A DNA stretch of 64,000 bases from Pseudomonadota bacterium. GTDB taxonomy: Bacteria; Pseudomonadota; Gammaproteobacteria; Xanthomonadales; Xanthomonadaceae. The stretch spans positions 98 to 64,097 of the forward strand of contig JAKQKT010000370.1 in assembly GCA_029560515.1 (NCBI GenBank). The letters run 5' to 3'. Positions 10,205-20,090 of this stretch are shown here, one piece after another. The notes beneath the pieces are model-generated. The model had not been told where the DNA came from. It saw only the letters and a program-made list of their open reading frames with translations, and did not search any database. Each line of letters begins with the position of its first letter. The first letter of the stretch is position 1. The position numbers and the translations under genes are program-made.

Positions 10205-11614
10205 ATGTCACGTTTTGTCCTGCCACTAAGCCTGTGTTTACTGAGCCAATTTGCGATTGCCGACGATCAATTGCTCGATGCCAAAAGTTTAGCCAAGGCG
10301 GCAGAATTGCGTGACAGCGCATTGCAAAAAAACGAAGCCACCAATTTGCTGGAATCCCTGACGACCGAAATCGGTCCGCGCATGGCGGGCTCGCCGGCCA
10401 ATGCAAAAGCGGTTGCCTGGGCACAGGAAAAATTCAAGGCCCTGGGCTACGACAAGGTGTATTTGCAACCGGTGACCCACCCGGTCTGGCAACGCGGACA
10501 CGAGCAGGCCGAAATACTTTCGCCCTTCCCGCAAAAACTGCATATCACCGCACTCGGCGGCAGCGTCGGAACCGATGGCAAAACACTGGATGCCCAAATC
10601 GTCGAATTCGCAAGTCTGGACGCATTGAAAGCAGCGCCGGAAAACAGCTTGAACGGCAAGATCGCCTTCATCAATAAACGCATGGAACGCCACAAGGATG
10701 GTTCCGGTTATGGACCTGTCGTTGCAGGCCGAGGCGCCGGTGCCGTGGAAGCCGCGAAAAAAGGCGCGCTCGCCGTGATCATCCGTTCGGTCGGTACCGA
10801 TTCCAATCGCTTGCCGCATACCGGCATGATGCGTTACGACGACGCCGTGAAAAAAATTCCGGCTGCCGCATTGTCAGTGCCCGATGCGGATCTGCTCGAA
10901 CATATGTTGAAGCGCGGCAAGCCGGTCACTTTGCGCCTCGATATCGCAGCGGGCCTGACCGGCACCTACACCTCATACAATGTGATCGGCGAAATTCGTG
11001 GTCGCGAAAAACCGGATGAAGTGGTCGTGATCGGTGGCCATCTCGATTCTTGGGATCTTGGAACGGGCGCAGTCGATGATGGCGCCGGCGTCAGCATCAC
11101 GATGGCTGCAGGTGCAGTCATCGGACAAATGAAACAAGCGCCACGCAGAACCATTCGCGTTGTCGCCTTCGCGAACGAAGAACAAGGCTTGTACGGCGGC
11201 AAGGCTTATGCCGAAGCCCATAAAAACAATGTTGCCGATCACCAAATCGGGGCCGAAAGTGATTTCGGTGCCGGACGCATTTATTCATTCGGCGCAGGCG
11301 TCGACGATAAGGCCTGGCCGGTGATCGAACAAATCGGCAGCGTGCTGTCACCGCTCGGCATCGTGACCGAAAAAGGTAAAGGCAGCGCCGGACCCGATGT
11401 CGGTCCGATCTCTGCACTCGGCATGCCGTGGGCGGAACTGCAGCAAGACGGCACCGATTATTTCGATCTGCACCACACCGCGAACGACACCTTCGACAAG
11501 GTCGACCCGAAAGCGCTCGACCAGCAGGTTGCCGCATATGCAGCGTTCACGTATCTGGCAGCGGAAAGCAAAATGGATTTTGGTACTGCGCCGAAAGTGG
11601 AAGAGAAGAAATAA
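10205..11614 (+). CDS. Secreted M28 metallopeptidase (carboxypeptidase Q-like, PA domain)
   Basis: Signal peptide; GPRMAGS, GGHLDSWD, GAVDDGAG, FANEEQGL, ESDFG, HHTANDT. Confidence 0.9.
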   Translation: MSRFVLPLSLCLLSQFAIADDQLLDAKSLAKAAELRDSALQKNEATNLLESLTTEIGPRMAGSPANAKAVAWAQEKFKALGYDKVYLQPVTHPVWQRGHEQAEILSPFPQKLHITALGGSVGTDGKTLDAQIVEFASLDALKAAPENSLNGKIAFINKRMERHKDGSGYGPVVAGRGAGAVEAAKKGALAVIIRSVGTDSNRLPHTGMMRYDDAVKKIPAAALSVPDADLLEHMLKRGKPVTLRLDIAAGLTGTYTSYNVIGEIRGREKPDEVVVIGGHLDSWDLGTGAVDDGAGVSITMAAGAVIGQMKQAPRRTIRVVAFANEEQGLYGGKAYAEAHKNNVADHQIGAESDFGAGRIYSFGAGVDDKAWPVIEQIGSVLSPLGIVTEKGKGSAGPDVGPISALGMPWAELQQDGTDYFDLHHTANDTFDKVDPKALDQQVAAYAAFTYLAAESKMDFGTAPKVEEKK

Positions 11615-11620
11615 TAACGC

Positions 11621-11705
11621 CGTCATCGCGAACGCTTTTGTCGGGGACCCAACTACTTTATGCTTCAAGGCAAGGTCACTGGGTTCCCGTCTGCGCGAGA
11701 ATGAC
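11621..11705. repeat. Degenerate CGTC-tagged REP doublet
   Basis: CGTCAT...GGGGACCCA / CTGGGTTCCC...ATGAC imperfect inverted arms, same layout as the 15382 element. Confidence 0.6.
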
Positions 11706-11731
11706 AACAAACTTTGTGGCGTCGCAGGCCT

Positions 11732-11754
11732 ATCGCGCCTGAAAGCGCTCCTAC
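11732..11754 (-). repeat. Single GTAG-tagged REP
   Basis: Minus strand reads GTAGGAGCGCTTTCAGGCGCGAT, the same GT(A/G)GGAGC...GCGAT frame as the 916 element. Confidence 0.65.
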
Positions 11755-11883
11755 CAAAGCGTCGCTTTGAACCAACGCATCCACCCCCGGTCGTATCTGC
11801 CAGCAAACATTACCGATTCTTCATGTTCCGGATAAACACGGGACAGGCGTCGAAAACGATACTTCAGTCATCAGGAGATATCC

Positions 11884-12564
11884 GTGCGCGTACTATTGGT
11901 CGAAGACGAACCCCTTATTTCGGAATTTATCGCCAAGGGCTTGCGCGAGGCCGGGCACAATGTTGACCACACGGCCAGCGGTACCGATGGCCTGCATATG
12001 GCGACGCACGAGACTTATGACGCCTTGATTCTCGACCGCATGCTGCCGGGCATGGAAGGTCTGGAACTGTTACGGATTCTGCGTGCCAGCGGCCATCGGA
12101 CGCCGGTATTGATCCTGTCTTCGCTGGGCGATGTCGAGCAGCGCGTGCTGGGTTTGCGCGCCGGTGCCGATGATTATCTGGCAAAACCGTTTTCCTTCGC
12201 CGAATTGATGGCCAGGCTCGAAGGATTATTGCGCCGGCAGGCGACGGGGCCGGAAACGCCTACGCGATTGCGAGTCGCCGACCTGGAAATGGATTTGCTG
12301 AAACGAAGCGTCAAGCGCGCCGGACAAACACTCGAATTGCAGCCCAGGGAATTTCGCCTCCTCGAATTCCTGATGCGCCATGCCGAACAAGTCGTGACTC
12401 GCACGATGCTGCTGGAAGCGGTATGGGATTACCACTTTGATCCACAGACCAATGTGATCGACGTACACGTATCACGGCTGCGGCAGAAAATAGATCGCGA
12501 TCTCGGCCCGCCTTTGCTGCATACCATTCGTGGTGCCGGTTATTTGCTGGGCATGCGCGCTTGA
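11884..12564 (+). CDS. OmpR-family response regulator (CusR/IrlR/CzcR-like)
   Basis: GTG start after AGGAG; LDRMLPG, GADDYLAKPF, VWDYHFDPQTNVIDVHVSRLR, LHTIRGAGY. Confidence 0.9.
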   Translation: MRVLLVEDEPLISEFIAKGLREAGHNVDHTASGTDGLHMATHETYDALILDRMLPGMEGLELLRILRASGHRTPVLILSSLGDVEQRVLGLRAGADDYLAKPFSFAELMARLEGLLRRQATGPETPTRLRVADLEMDLLKRSVKRAGQTLELQPREFRLLEFLMRHAEQVVTRTMLLEAVWDYHFDPQTNVIDVHVSRLRQKIDRDLGPPLLHTIRGAGYLLGMRA

Positions 12565-13967
12565 TCCTGATTGGCAACCTGCGGAATTTCGCTGCATCGA
12601 CGCTTAACCGTCTGGTGTTGACCTATGGCCTGGGTTTGATCCTGGTATTTGGCGTGATCGGTGCGATCGGCTTGCTGAGTTTTGATCATCTGCTCGATCT
12701 CGATATCAGGCAAACCGTGCAGGTCGAACACGAAAGCCTGATGGAGGTGTATCGCAACGATGGCCGCGATGCGGTAAAAAAAATCATCGCAGAACGCGTG
12801 CGCGAACCGGTCAACCGCGAAGCCTTTTATTTGTTGGTGGATAAAAATGATGCGGTACTTGCCGGCCATCGCAATCAAATCCCGATAGCGCTGACGCGCC
12901 ATAAAGGCTGGGTTCGTTTTCCCTGGCGTGCAGAGCCGGATTCGGATCAGGTATTGGCCTATGTGCAACCACTCGATAACGGCGACCTGTTGATCACGGG
13001 CCACACTTCCGGTGCACAAAGCCATTTGCGCGAATTGATTGTAAGGCTGGGATTCCTGTTTCTGGTGATGCTCGGCATGCTCACTTTACTGTTTAGCTGG
13101 CTGCTGAGACGCGCCGTTGATCGTGCGCTGGAAGCACCGCTGGATACCGTAGATCGCGTCGCCGCCGGCCAGTTGAATGAAAGGGTCGCCGAGCGTGTCG
13201 GCAATGACGGCTTTGCGCGCCTGGGACATACGCTCAACCGTATGCTTGATCGTATACATGTGCTGGTCGGCGGCATTCAATCCTCGACGGATGCGATCGC
13301 GCACGATTTGCGTACGCCGCTGATGCGATTGAAAACGCGGCTCGAACAGGCACGGCTGGAAAGCAGGGATGAAAACGGCGTACAGAAAATCGATGCCGCC
13401 ATTGCCGAAGCCGACCAATTGATCGCAACGTTCAACAGCCTGTTGCGATTGGCGCGCATCGAGGCATCGCATGAATTGCCGGATAAAAATCTTGCGCTCG
13501 ACGAGGTAGTCAACGATGCAGTGGAAATGTGGCAACTACTTGCAGAAGCCAAAGGTCAAGGCATTGATGCCGATGTTGATTCCGTGAGAATCGATGGCGA
13601 CCGAAATCTGTTATTCCAGTTGATTTCGAATCTGCTGGACAACGCGATCAAATACGCTCCGATGCAAAGTCGCATTCATGTGCAACTGAATGCTAAGGAT
13701 ACCTCCGCTGTTCTCAGCATCAGCGATTCCGGTCCCGGCATCGCGGCAGGAGAACACGAACACGTGTTCGACCGTTTCGTGCGACTGGAAAGTCATCGCG
13801 GCACGCCCGGAAGCGGTTTGGGATTGAGCGTGGTGCGTGCGATCGCAATCCAGCATCACGCCAATATCAGTCTGCAAAGCGCAAACCCGGGGCTTCGTGT
13901 CGTGCTGCGGTTTCCGCTCGCGAACGACAACGTATCCGGCAACATGGACAAAATGTCATCCAACTGA
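12561..13967 (+). CDS. Sensor histidine kinase (HAMP-HisKA-HATPase)
   Basis: TTG start overlaps the regulator stop; two TMs, IAHDLRTPL, NLLDNAIKY, DSGPGI, GSGLGL. Confidence 0.9.
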   Translation: MILIGNLRNFAASTLNRLVLTYGLGLILVFGVIGAIGLLSFDHLLDLDIRQTVQVEHESLMEVYRNDGRDAVKKIIAERVREPVNREAFYLLVDKNDAVLAGHRNQIPIALTRHKGWVRFPWRAEPDSDQVLAYVQPLDNGDLLITGHTSGAQSHLRELIVRLGFLFLVMLGMLTLLFSWLLRRAVDRALEAPLDTVDRVAAGQLNERVAERVGNDGFARLGHTLNRMLDRIHVLVGGIQSSTDAIAHDLRTPLMRLKTRLEQARLESRDENGVQKIDAAIAEADQLIATFNSLLRLARIEASHELPDKNLALDEVVNDAVEMWQLLAEAKGQGIDADVDSVRIDGDRNLLFQLISNLLDNAIKYAPMQSRIHVQLNAKDTSAVLSISDSGPGIAAGEHEHVFDRFVRLESHRGTPGSGLGLSVVRAIAIQHHANISLQSANPGLRVVLRFPLANDNVSGNMDKMSSN

Positions 13968-14049
13968 AAGATTCGCGTGAAGGGCAATCGGGCAATCTGG
14001 GCTCACCGGTGGGACACCGGGTATTCCCCCTAACTGACAGGAGATTTTC

Positions 14050-14253
14050 ATGAACATTCGCTCTTCCCTCGCCGTTCTCGCCCTTGGCCTGGCCAGCACC
14101 ATGGCTTTCGCTGCCACCCCTGCAGCAACGCCTGCCGCGACGAACAAACCTGCAACTGTGAAACACCACGCCGCCGTGAAATGCAAAGCCGGTGAAACCT
14201 TGGTCAAAGGCAAATGCGAAGCCGCAAAAACCGATGCCGCCAAACCCAATTGA
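14050..14253 (+). CDS. Small secreted Ala/Lys-rich protein with one Cys pair
   Basis: SD AGGAG, signal peptide ending AFA, mature ATPAATPAA...KCKAGETLVKGKC; followed by a terminator. Confidence 0.8.
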   Translation: MNIRSSLAVLALGLASTMAFAATPAATPAATNKPATVKHHAAVKCKAGETLVKGKCEAAKTDAAKPN

Positions 14254-14272
14254 TATTGGCTTCATCACGCAT

Positions 14273-14303
14273 AAAAAAGGCCGGAATCTCCGGCCTTTTT
14301 TTT
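14273..14303. terminator. Bidirectional intrinsic terminator
   Basis: AAAAAAGGCCGGA-ATC-TCCGGCCTTTTTTTT between convergent genes. Confidence 0.9.
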
Positions 14304-15324
14304 ATTGCGATTGCTGCCGTCGCCACTCGCTTAAAAGCACCGCCGTCGCCGCAGAGACATTCAGGCTTTCGACATGGCCGGTACCAGGGATGCCGATTTG
14401 CAGATTCGTGATTGCACTCAATTCCTTGTCGACGCCGATTTGTTCGGCACCCATCACCAACACCAGGCGCGAAGGCAGTTTTGTTTTGTATAAAGACTGG
14501 CCGCCACGCACCAGGGTCGCGGCAAGCTGGAAACCCGCCGATTTCAATTGCGCCACGGAATTATCGCTGCGACCCAATCTCACAATCGCGACCTGTTCCG
14601 CGCCACCTTCGGCAACGCGTGCGGCGGCGCCCGAGAGACCCAGGCCATCGTCCTTCGGCAGCAATACCGCAGCGACACCGAAATGTGCGGCACTGCGGAG
14701 AATGGCACCGAGATTATGCGGATTGCCGACGCCGTCCAACCAGATCGCGACGCAAGGTCCCGCTGGCAGATGTTGTAGCCAGTGCGAAAGATTTTCTTCG
14801 ACTGCAGGCAACACATCGAAGCAGACGCCTTCGTGATGCACGCTGCCGGTAAGTTTCGCCAAGTCCTGCTCTTCGACGACGCGATAACCCAGTTTGTTTT
14901 TCACGCAATGCGCTAGCACGGCCTTGAAATGCGGAATGCGGGCTTCGAGCAAATAGACTTTTCGCAGTGCCTCGGGGCGTTTGGCAAAACTCGCCAGGCA
15001 GGCATTGACGCCGTACAGGCGTTGTTCGCGTGCGGCGCGCGGTGCGGCAGACTCGTGTTCATGCGAATCGTAGTTCGACGATGGCGCATGCGAAGCATAT
15101 TCGCGACGCGGTGCGCTGCGTTCATCGCGTGGCGCGCGGTCGCTGCGTGGCGGCGAGTATTCATCGCGTGGTCGCGCAGCAGGACGTTCGCTTTGATAGC
15201 CCCGCCCGTGTGCTTCGGGAACTCGGCCTTGTTCCCGGTCACGCGTGCGTTCGCGTTTGTCGCGCTTGTCGCCCGATGGCCCGCGATACAGGGAACTGCC
15301 CGATGGTTTTTCTTCGTCACTCAT
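14302..15324 (-). CDS. TrmH/SpoU-family RNA methyltransferase (YfiF-like) with charged N-terminal extension
   Basis: LYGVNAC, HHEGVC, LDGVGNPHNLGAILRSAAHFG, MGAEQIG, VESLNVS. Confidence 0.9.
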   Translation of the reverse strand: MSDEEKPSGSSLYRGPSGDKRDKRERTRDREQGRVPEAHGRGYQSERPAARPRDEYSPPRSDRAPRDERSAPRREYASHAPSSNYDSHEHESAAPRAAREQRLYGVNACLASFAKRPEALRKVYLLEARIPHFKAVLAHCVKNKLGYRVVEEQDLAKLTGSVHHEGVCFDVLPAVEENLSHWLQHLPAGPCVAIWLDGVGNPHNLGAILRSAAHFGVAAVLLPKDDGLGLSGAAARVAEGGAEQVAIVRLGRSDNSVAQLKSAGFQLAATLVRGGQSLYKTKLPSRLVLVMGAEQIGVDKELSAITNLQIGIPGTGHVESLNVSAATAVLLSEWRRQQSQ

Positions 15325-15381
15325 TAGCAGTTCTCCGGATTTCTTATTCTGATACCAAATTTATATCGTTACAAAAACCTT

Positions 15382-15482
15382 CGTCTTCCCGGCGTACGCC
15401 GGGACCCAGAACCCAATGCAAGGCAGCATCAAAATCCTGCCTTGAACTGTGCTTCTGGACCCCGTTTTTCAACGGGGTGACG
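15382..15482. repeat. CGTC-tagged REP doublet with inner hairpin
   Basis: CGTCTTCCCGGCGTACGCCGGGACCCAGA ... TCTGGACCCCGTTTTTCAACGGGGTGACG. Each arm is self-palindromic; inner CAAGGCAG/CTGCCTTG stem. Confidence 0.75.
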
Positions 15483-15512
15483 AGATATCACGGTATTGAT
15501 TTCAAAATAGCA

Positions 15513-18500
15513 TTAATGCTTCGCTTCGATATCCCGCATTTTAGCGCCTAATGCATCCAATTCCTCACCGCGTTGATCCGGCGGCGTCGTGAAACGGGCG
15601 GACCAGCGATAAATGGTCGGAATCACGAACAGCGTAAAGAAGGTCGAAATCGCCACGCCGAAGACCACGACCACGCCAATGGAACTGCGGCTGCCGGAGC
15701 CCGGGCCGCCATCGAACACCAGTGGCAAGGCACCGACCACAGTGGCAATCGATGTCATCAGGATCGGTCGAAGACGCGTGGCACTGGCTTCCAGAATCGC
15801 ATCACGAATCGCCAACCCGGCATCGCGACGCTGATTGGCGAACTCGACGATCAGGATACCGTTCTTGGCCGCAAGGCCGACCAGCATCACGATACCGATA
15901 GTACTGAACAGGTTGAAGGTTTTTCCGGTCAGCCACAAACCCAGCACCGCGCCGAACACCGCCAATGGTACCGTCAACATGATGACCAGCGGATGCAGGA
16001 AACTTTCGAATTGCGCGGCCAGCACCAGATACACGATCAGCAGCGCCATCATGAAAGTGAAGAACAGCGCGCTGCCCGACTGCAGGTATTCACGCGCCTC
16101 GCCCTTGAAGTCGATTTGCGCGGTATCGGGCAATGTTTGCTTCACTGCGGCATCCATCCAGGTGATGGCTTCGCCCATGGTGTAACCAGGTGCCAGATTG
16201 GCCGACACGGTAATCGCACGCAGGCGATTGAAACGGCCGTAACTGCCGGGTTCGGCCAATTCATGCACGGTCACCAGCGAAGTCATCGGCACCAGCGTGC
16301 CGTTGCTCGAACGCACGGTCAGGTTTTTCAAATCGTCCGGCGTTGCACGATCGGAAGCTTGTGCCTGCACGATCACATCGTACTCTTCGCCTTTTTCTAC
16401 GAAGGTTGTGACTTTGCGCGAACCCATCATGCTCTCAAGCGTGCTGCCGATACTTTGCACCGACACACCCAAATCGGCGGCGCGTTGGCGATTGATATCA
16501 AGGCGCAATTGCGGACGCGTTTCCTTGTAGTCGGAATCGGCGCCGAGCAATTTAGGATTCTCTTCCATTTTCTTCAGCAACAGATCACGCCACTGCACGA
16601 TTTCATCGTAATCCGGGCCACCGAGCACGATTTGCAAACCGCCACCGCCACCGCGCGTCAGACCGGAACGCACCTGAGGTCTGGCGACAACGCCCGGAAT
16701 GTCGTTCATCGATTTACGCATTTGTTCGACCACGGTTTGCGTATCGACATCGCGTTCTTTCCAGGGCTTCAAAATCACGATGGCCTGGCCGGTATGCATT
16801 TCTTCGCTGGCACCGAAACCGCCCGGCACGCGCGCATTGATTCGCATCACCGGTCCCTTGTCGCCGCTGACGGCGAGAATTTTTTTCTCGATCTGTTGCA
16901 ACTGGGTAACGGTGTAATCGAAACCCGCGCCTTCCGGACCAGTCACCGAGATAAAGAATGCACCGCGATCTTCGGTCGGCGACAATTCGCGCTGGACAAA
17001 ATTCGAAAGGCCGAATGCGATGACAATGGTGGTCAGCATCGCGATCACGATCAACCAGGGATGTTCGACGATGCGAGCGAGCGTTTTGCCATAGCCCTGC
17101 GAAACATTGTTTAGCTTGCGATCAATCCAGGCGGCAAAACCGCGTGTGTTTTCCTTGTCGTGCGGTTTCAGAATGATCGAACACATCATCGGCGTCAGCG
17201 ACAAAGCCACGAACGCCGACAACACGATGGCGCCCGCCAAAGCCACGGCGAGTTCGCGGAAAAGGCGACCATTCGCACCGTCAATAAATGCGACCGGCAC
17301 GAATACGGCGACCAGCACGGCGGTGGTCGCAATCACCGCGAATGCCACCTGCTTGGTACCGCGTTGCGCGGCCAGCAATGCCGGTTCGCCAAGATCAACA
17401 CGACGCTGGCAGTTTTCCAGCACCACGATCGCATCATCGACAACCAGACCAATGGCCAGGATCAACGCGAGCAAGGTCAGCAGATTGATGGAATAACCGA
17501 ATATCCATAAGCCGATAAAAGCCGCAATCAAACAGACCGGCACGGTGACCGCTGGCACGAGCGCAGAACGTGCGCTACCGAGGAACAACCAGATCACCAG
17601 CAACACCAGCACGATGGCTTCGAATAGCGTCTTGTAAACCTGCTTCACCGCATCGTCGATAAACACGGTGGAATCGTAGGTCAGGCCCATTTTCATATCG
17701 ACAGGCAGGCGCTTGTTGATTTCCTCGACTTGCGCTTTTACTTCGTTGGAAACATCGAGTGCATTCGATGTGGATGTCTTGATGATGCCCAGCCCCACCT
17801 GCAACTGTCCGTTGCCGCGAAACCAGGCGCGGCGTTCGCTGGATTCTTTTGCAACGACTGCAACATCACGCAACAAAACTCTTTCATTGCCCTTGCTGCT
17901 CAGAACAAGATCCTGAAAATCGGCCGGGCCTTCATAGGCGCGGCTGACGCGCAGGATGAAATCGCGGGTTTGCGATTCAAGACGACCAGCAGGCAGTTCG
18001 ACGTTTTCGCGTCGCAATGCATTTTCGATATCGGTGACTGTCAGGTTTCTTGCCGCGAGTGCCTTCGCATTGACGGTAATGCGCAAGGCATAACGTTGGC
18101 CACCGGCAATACGCACTTGCGCCACGCCGGGCAAACTGGAAAAACGATCGACCAGATAGCGCTCGGCGTAATCGGTCAGTTCCAGCGTGCCGCGTTTCGG
18201 GGAAGTGAAATTCAGCCACATGATTACGTCGGCATCGGCCGATTGCTTACTCACTTGCGGTGCATCGGCTTCTTCCGGAAGACGGTCCACCACGCGACTG
18301 ACCGCATCGCGCACATCATTCGCGGCCGATTCGATTTCACGCGATTGGTTGAACTCGATCGTGATGCTCGAACGACCGTTGCGTGAATTGCTTTGCAGCA
18401 GGTCAACGCCTTCGATGCCCGACACGGCGTCTTCCAGCAATTGTGTTACGCGCGATTCCACCACGGCAGCAGATGCCCCGGTGTAGCCGGTATCAATCGA

Positions 18501-18635
18501 CACCACCGGCGCATCAATATCCGGCAACTCGCGCAGAGGCAGACGCGTAAACGCGATGATGCCGAGCACCATCAGGATCAGGCTGATTACCGTCGCGAAG
18601 ACCGGGCGCCGGATGGAAAGATCCGATAAAGACAT
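15513..18635 (-). CDS. RND efflux transporter permease (HAE1/AcrB family)
   Basis: 1040 aa; IRRPVFA, GLVVDDAIVVLEN, AAQFES, KNGILIVEFAN, RLRPILMTS. Confidence 0.95.
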   Translation of the reverse strand: MSLSDLSIRRPVFATVISLILMVLGIIAFTRLPLRELPDIDAPVVSIDTGYTGASAAVVESRVTQLLEDAVSGIEGVDLLQSNSRNGRSSITIEFNQSREIESAANDVRDAVSRVVDRLPEEADAPQVSKQSADADVIMWLNFTSPKRGTLELTDYAERYLVDRFSSLPGVAQVRIAGGQRYALRITVNAKALAARNLTVTDIENALRRENVELPAGRLESQTRDFILRVSRAYEGPADFQDLVLSSKGNERVLLRDVAVVAKESSERRAWFRGNGQLQVGLGIIKTSTSNALDVSNEVKAQVEEINKRLPVDMKMGLTYDSTVFIDDAVKQVYKTLFEAIVLVLLVIWLFLGSARSALVPAVTVPVCLIAAFIGLWIFGYSINLLTLLALILAIGLVVDDAIVVLENCQRRVDLGEPALLAAQRGTKQVAFAVIATTAVLVAVFVPVAFIDGANGRLFRELAVALAGAIVLSAFVALSLTPMMCSIILKPHDKENTRGFAAWIDRKLNNVSQGYGKTLARIVEHPWLIVIAMLTTIVIAFGLSNFVQRELSPTEDRGAFFISVTGPEGAGFDYTVTQLQQIEKKILAVSGDKGPVMRINARVPGGFGASEEMHTGQAIVILKPWKERDVDTQTVVEQMRKSMNDIPGVVARPQVRSGLTRGGGGGLQIVLGGPDYDEIVQWRDLLLKKMEENPKLLGADSDYKETRPQLRLDINRQRAADLGVSVQSIGSTLESMMGSRKVTTFVEKGEEYDVIVQAQASDRATPDDLKNLTVRSSNGTLVPMTSLVTVHELAEPGSYGRFNRLRAITVSANLAPGYTMGEAITWMDAAVKQTLPDTAQIDFKGEAREYLQSGSALFFTFMMALLIVYLVLAAQFESFLHPLVIMLTVPLAVFGAVLGLWLTGKTFNLFSTIGIVMLVGLAAKNGILIVEFANQRRDAGLAIRDAILEASATRLRPILMTSIATVVGALPLVFDGGPGSGSRSSIGVVVVFGVAISTFFTLFVIPTIYRWSARFTTPPDQRGEELDALGAKMRDIEAKH

Positions 18636-18636
18636 C

Positions 18637-19755
18637 TCAGTTCGCCCGCGCTTTTTTATCGTTGCCCTTGCCTGCTTCGGTATCTGCCGCCGGCTTGCTG
18701 TCGAATTCCTTCACGGCCTGGCCGGGACGGAGTTTCGAAGTACCTTCGACCACGATGCGATCGCCGGCCTTGAGGCCCTGGGCGATTTCGACAAAACCGA
18801 AACTGCGGGTACCGGGTTTCACTACCACTTTTTCTGCCGTGCCATCGAGCGTTACCCGATAGACGAAACTTTCGCCGGCAATTTGTTGCAGGGCCAACTC
18901 CGGAATTACCAGTGCCGTGTGTTGCGTTTGAAGTACGTTGATTTCGAGCAGCATGCCGGGACGCAATGTGCTGTCCGGATTGTAGATTTCGGCCTGCGCC
19001 GCAATCGAGCGGCTGGCGACATCGACGCGACTATCCACGCTGATCACACGACCGGTAAATACCTTGCCGGGATAGGCATCGCTGCGGGCTTCAATCGCAA
19101 GATTGGTTTTCAATGCCGCCATTTGCACTTCCGGCAATGAAAAATCCACCTTGATTTTTGAGACATCATCCAGTGTCGTGATCACGGTGCCGGCACTGAT
19201 CAATTGCCCCGGACTCACCTGTCGCAAACCCAGCACACCGGAAAACGGGGCCACGATGACGCGATCAGCCAGTGTTGCCTGTGCAGCCTGTGCGCGTGCG
19301 CGTGCTGCATCGCGATTGCTGCGCAAGGTATCGAGCTGGCTGGGTGAGACCAGTTTTTCTTTCGCCAATTGTTCGCCGCGAATGAACTGGCGGTCGGCAT
19401 CTTTCACCTGTGCTGCAGCAACGGCAAGATTTGCTGTATCGCTACCGGTTTGCAAAGTCACCAGAACCTGACCTGCGCGTGCGCTGTCGCCGCTTTCAAA
19501 ATGTACGCGCGCTATCTTGTCGCTAACGCGAGATGCAATTTCCACCGATTCCCTTGCTCTCGCCGTGCCAACGGCCTGTACGCGTTCGCCCCAGCTTTTT
19601 TCCGTAACAATCGTACTGATGACAACGGCAGCTTGTCCGCCCTGTCCGCCACGTCCACTGCCTGCGCCCGGCCCGGCTTGTGCATCGTCCTTGCCGCAAG
19701 CGCTGACAAGAAGTGCGGTGGATATTGCAATCACTGCAATAGAAAAATGCTTCAT
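18637..19755 (-). CDS. RND periplasmic adaptor (MFP) lipoprotein
   Basis: Lipobox VSAC; lipoyl half-motifs, IVAPFSGV, LRPGM, GLKAGDRIVVEG. Confidence 0.93.
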   Translation of the reverse strand: MKHFSIAVIAISTALLVSACGKDDAQAGPGAGSGRGGQGGQAAVVISTIVTEKSWGERVQAVGTARARESVEIASRVSDKIARVHFESGDSARAGQVLVTLQTGSDTANLAVAAAQVKDADRQFIRGEQLAKEKLVSPSQLDTLRSNRDAARARAQAAQATLADRVIVAPFSGVLGLRQVSPGQLISAGTVITTLDDVSKIKVDFSLPEVQMAALKTNLAIEARSDAYPGKVFTGRVISVDSRVDVASRSIAAQAEIYNPDSTLRPGMLLEINVLQTQHTALVIPELALQQIAGESFVYRVTLDGTAEKVVVKPGTRSFGFVEIAQGLKAGDRIVVEGTSKLRPGQAVKEFDSKPAADTEAGKGNDKKARAN

Positions 19756-20003
19756 GCTTTTTTTTCCAGTTTGTTATGGGTGCCGTCGCAAAGCGGCGCG
19801 TGTTTTGTTTTCTTGCACAGGCAAAACCAGACCCGCTCGTTGCGTGCAGCGGTATATTTTTTCGGAGAAAATTCACTGCCTTTGTGCGAACCATCGCAAA
19901 ACGGTTGCGTCTTGCTCAGACCGCAGGCACACCAGAAATAATCCCTGCCTTTTTCCACATCAAAGACGATCGGATTGATGACGGGTTCGATGCTCTCGCT
20001 CAT
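19752..20003 (-). CDS. CDGSH iron-sulfur domain protein (two motifs, CISD3/MiNT-like)
   Basis: WCACGLSKTQPFCDGSH and CLCKKTKHAPLCDGTH. Confidence 0.93.
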   Translation of the reverse strand: MSESIEPVINPIVFDVEKGRDYFWCACGLSKTQPFCDGSHKGSEFSPKKYTAARNERVWFCLCKKTKHAPLCDGTHNKLEKKA

Positions 20004-20090
20004 GCAGGCCTTCTCTCTTGAAGGCCACTATTCTAGGCTATCTTGCCGCCTGATCGTGTATAGAGAATGTTATGCAACGCATCGTTGCAA

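Noticed and set aside
15030-15324. Arg/Asp-rich quasi-repeats (APRDE) at the TrmH N-terminus as a separate element
   Set aside because: Low-complexity disordered extension in frame with the methyltransferase; no true DNA tandem repeat.
15573-17114. 513-aa plus-strand ORF
   Set aside because: Antisense to the RND permease; typical codon-bias shadow ORF.
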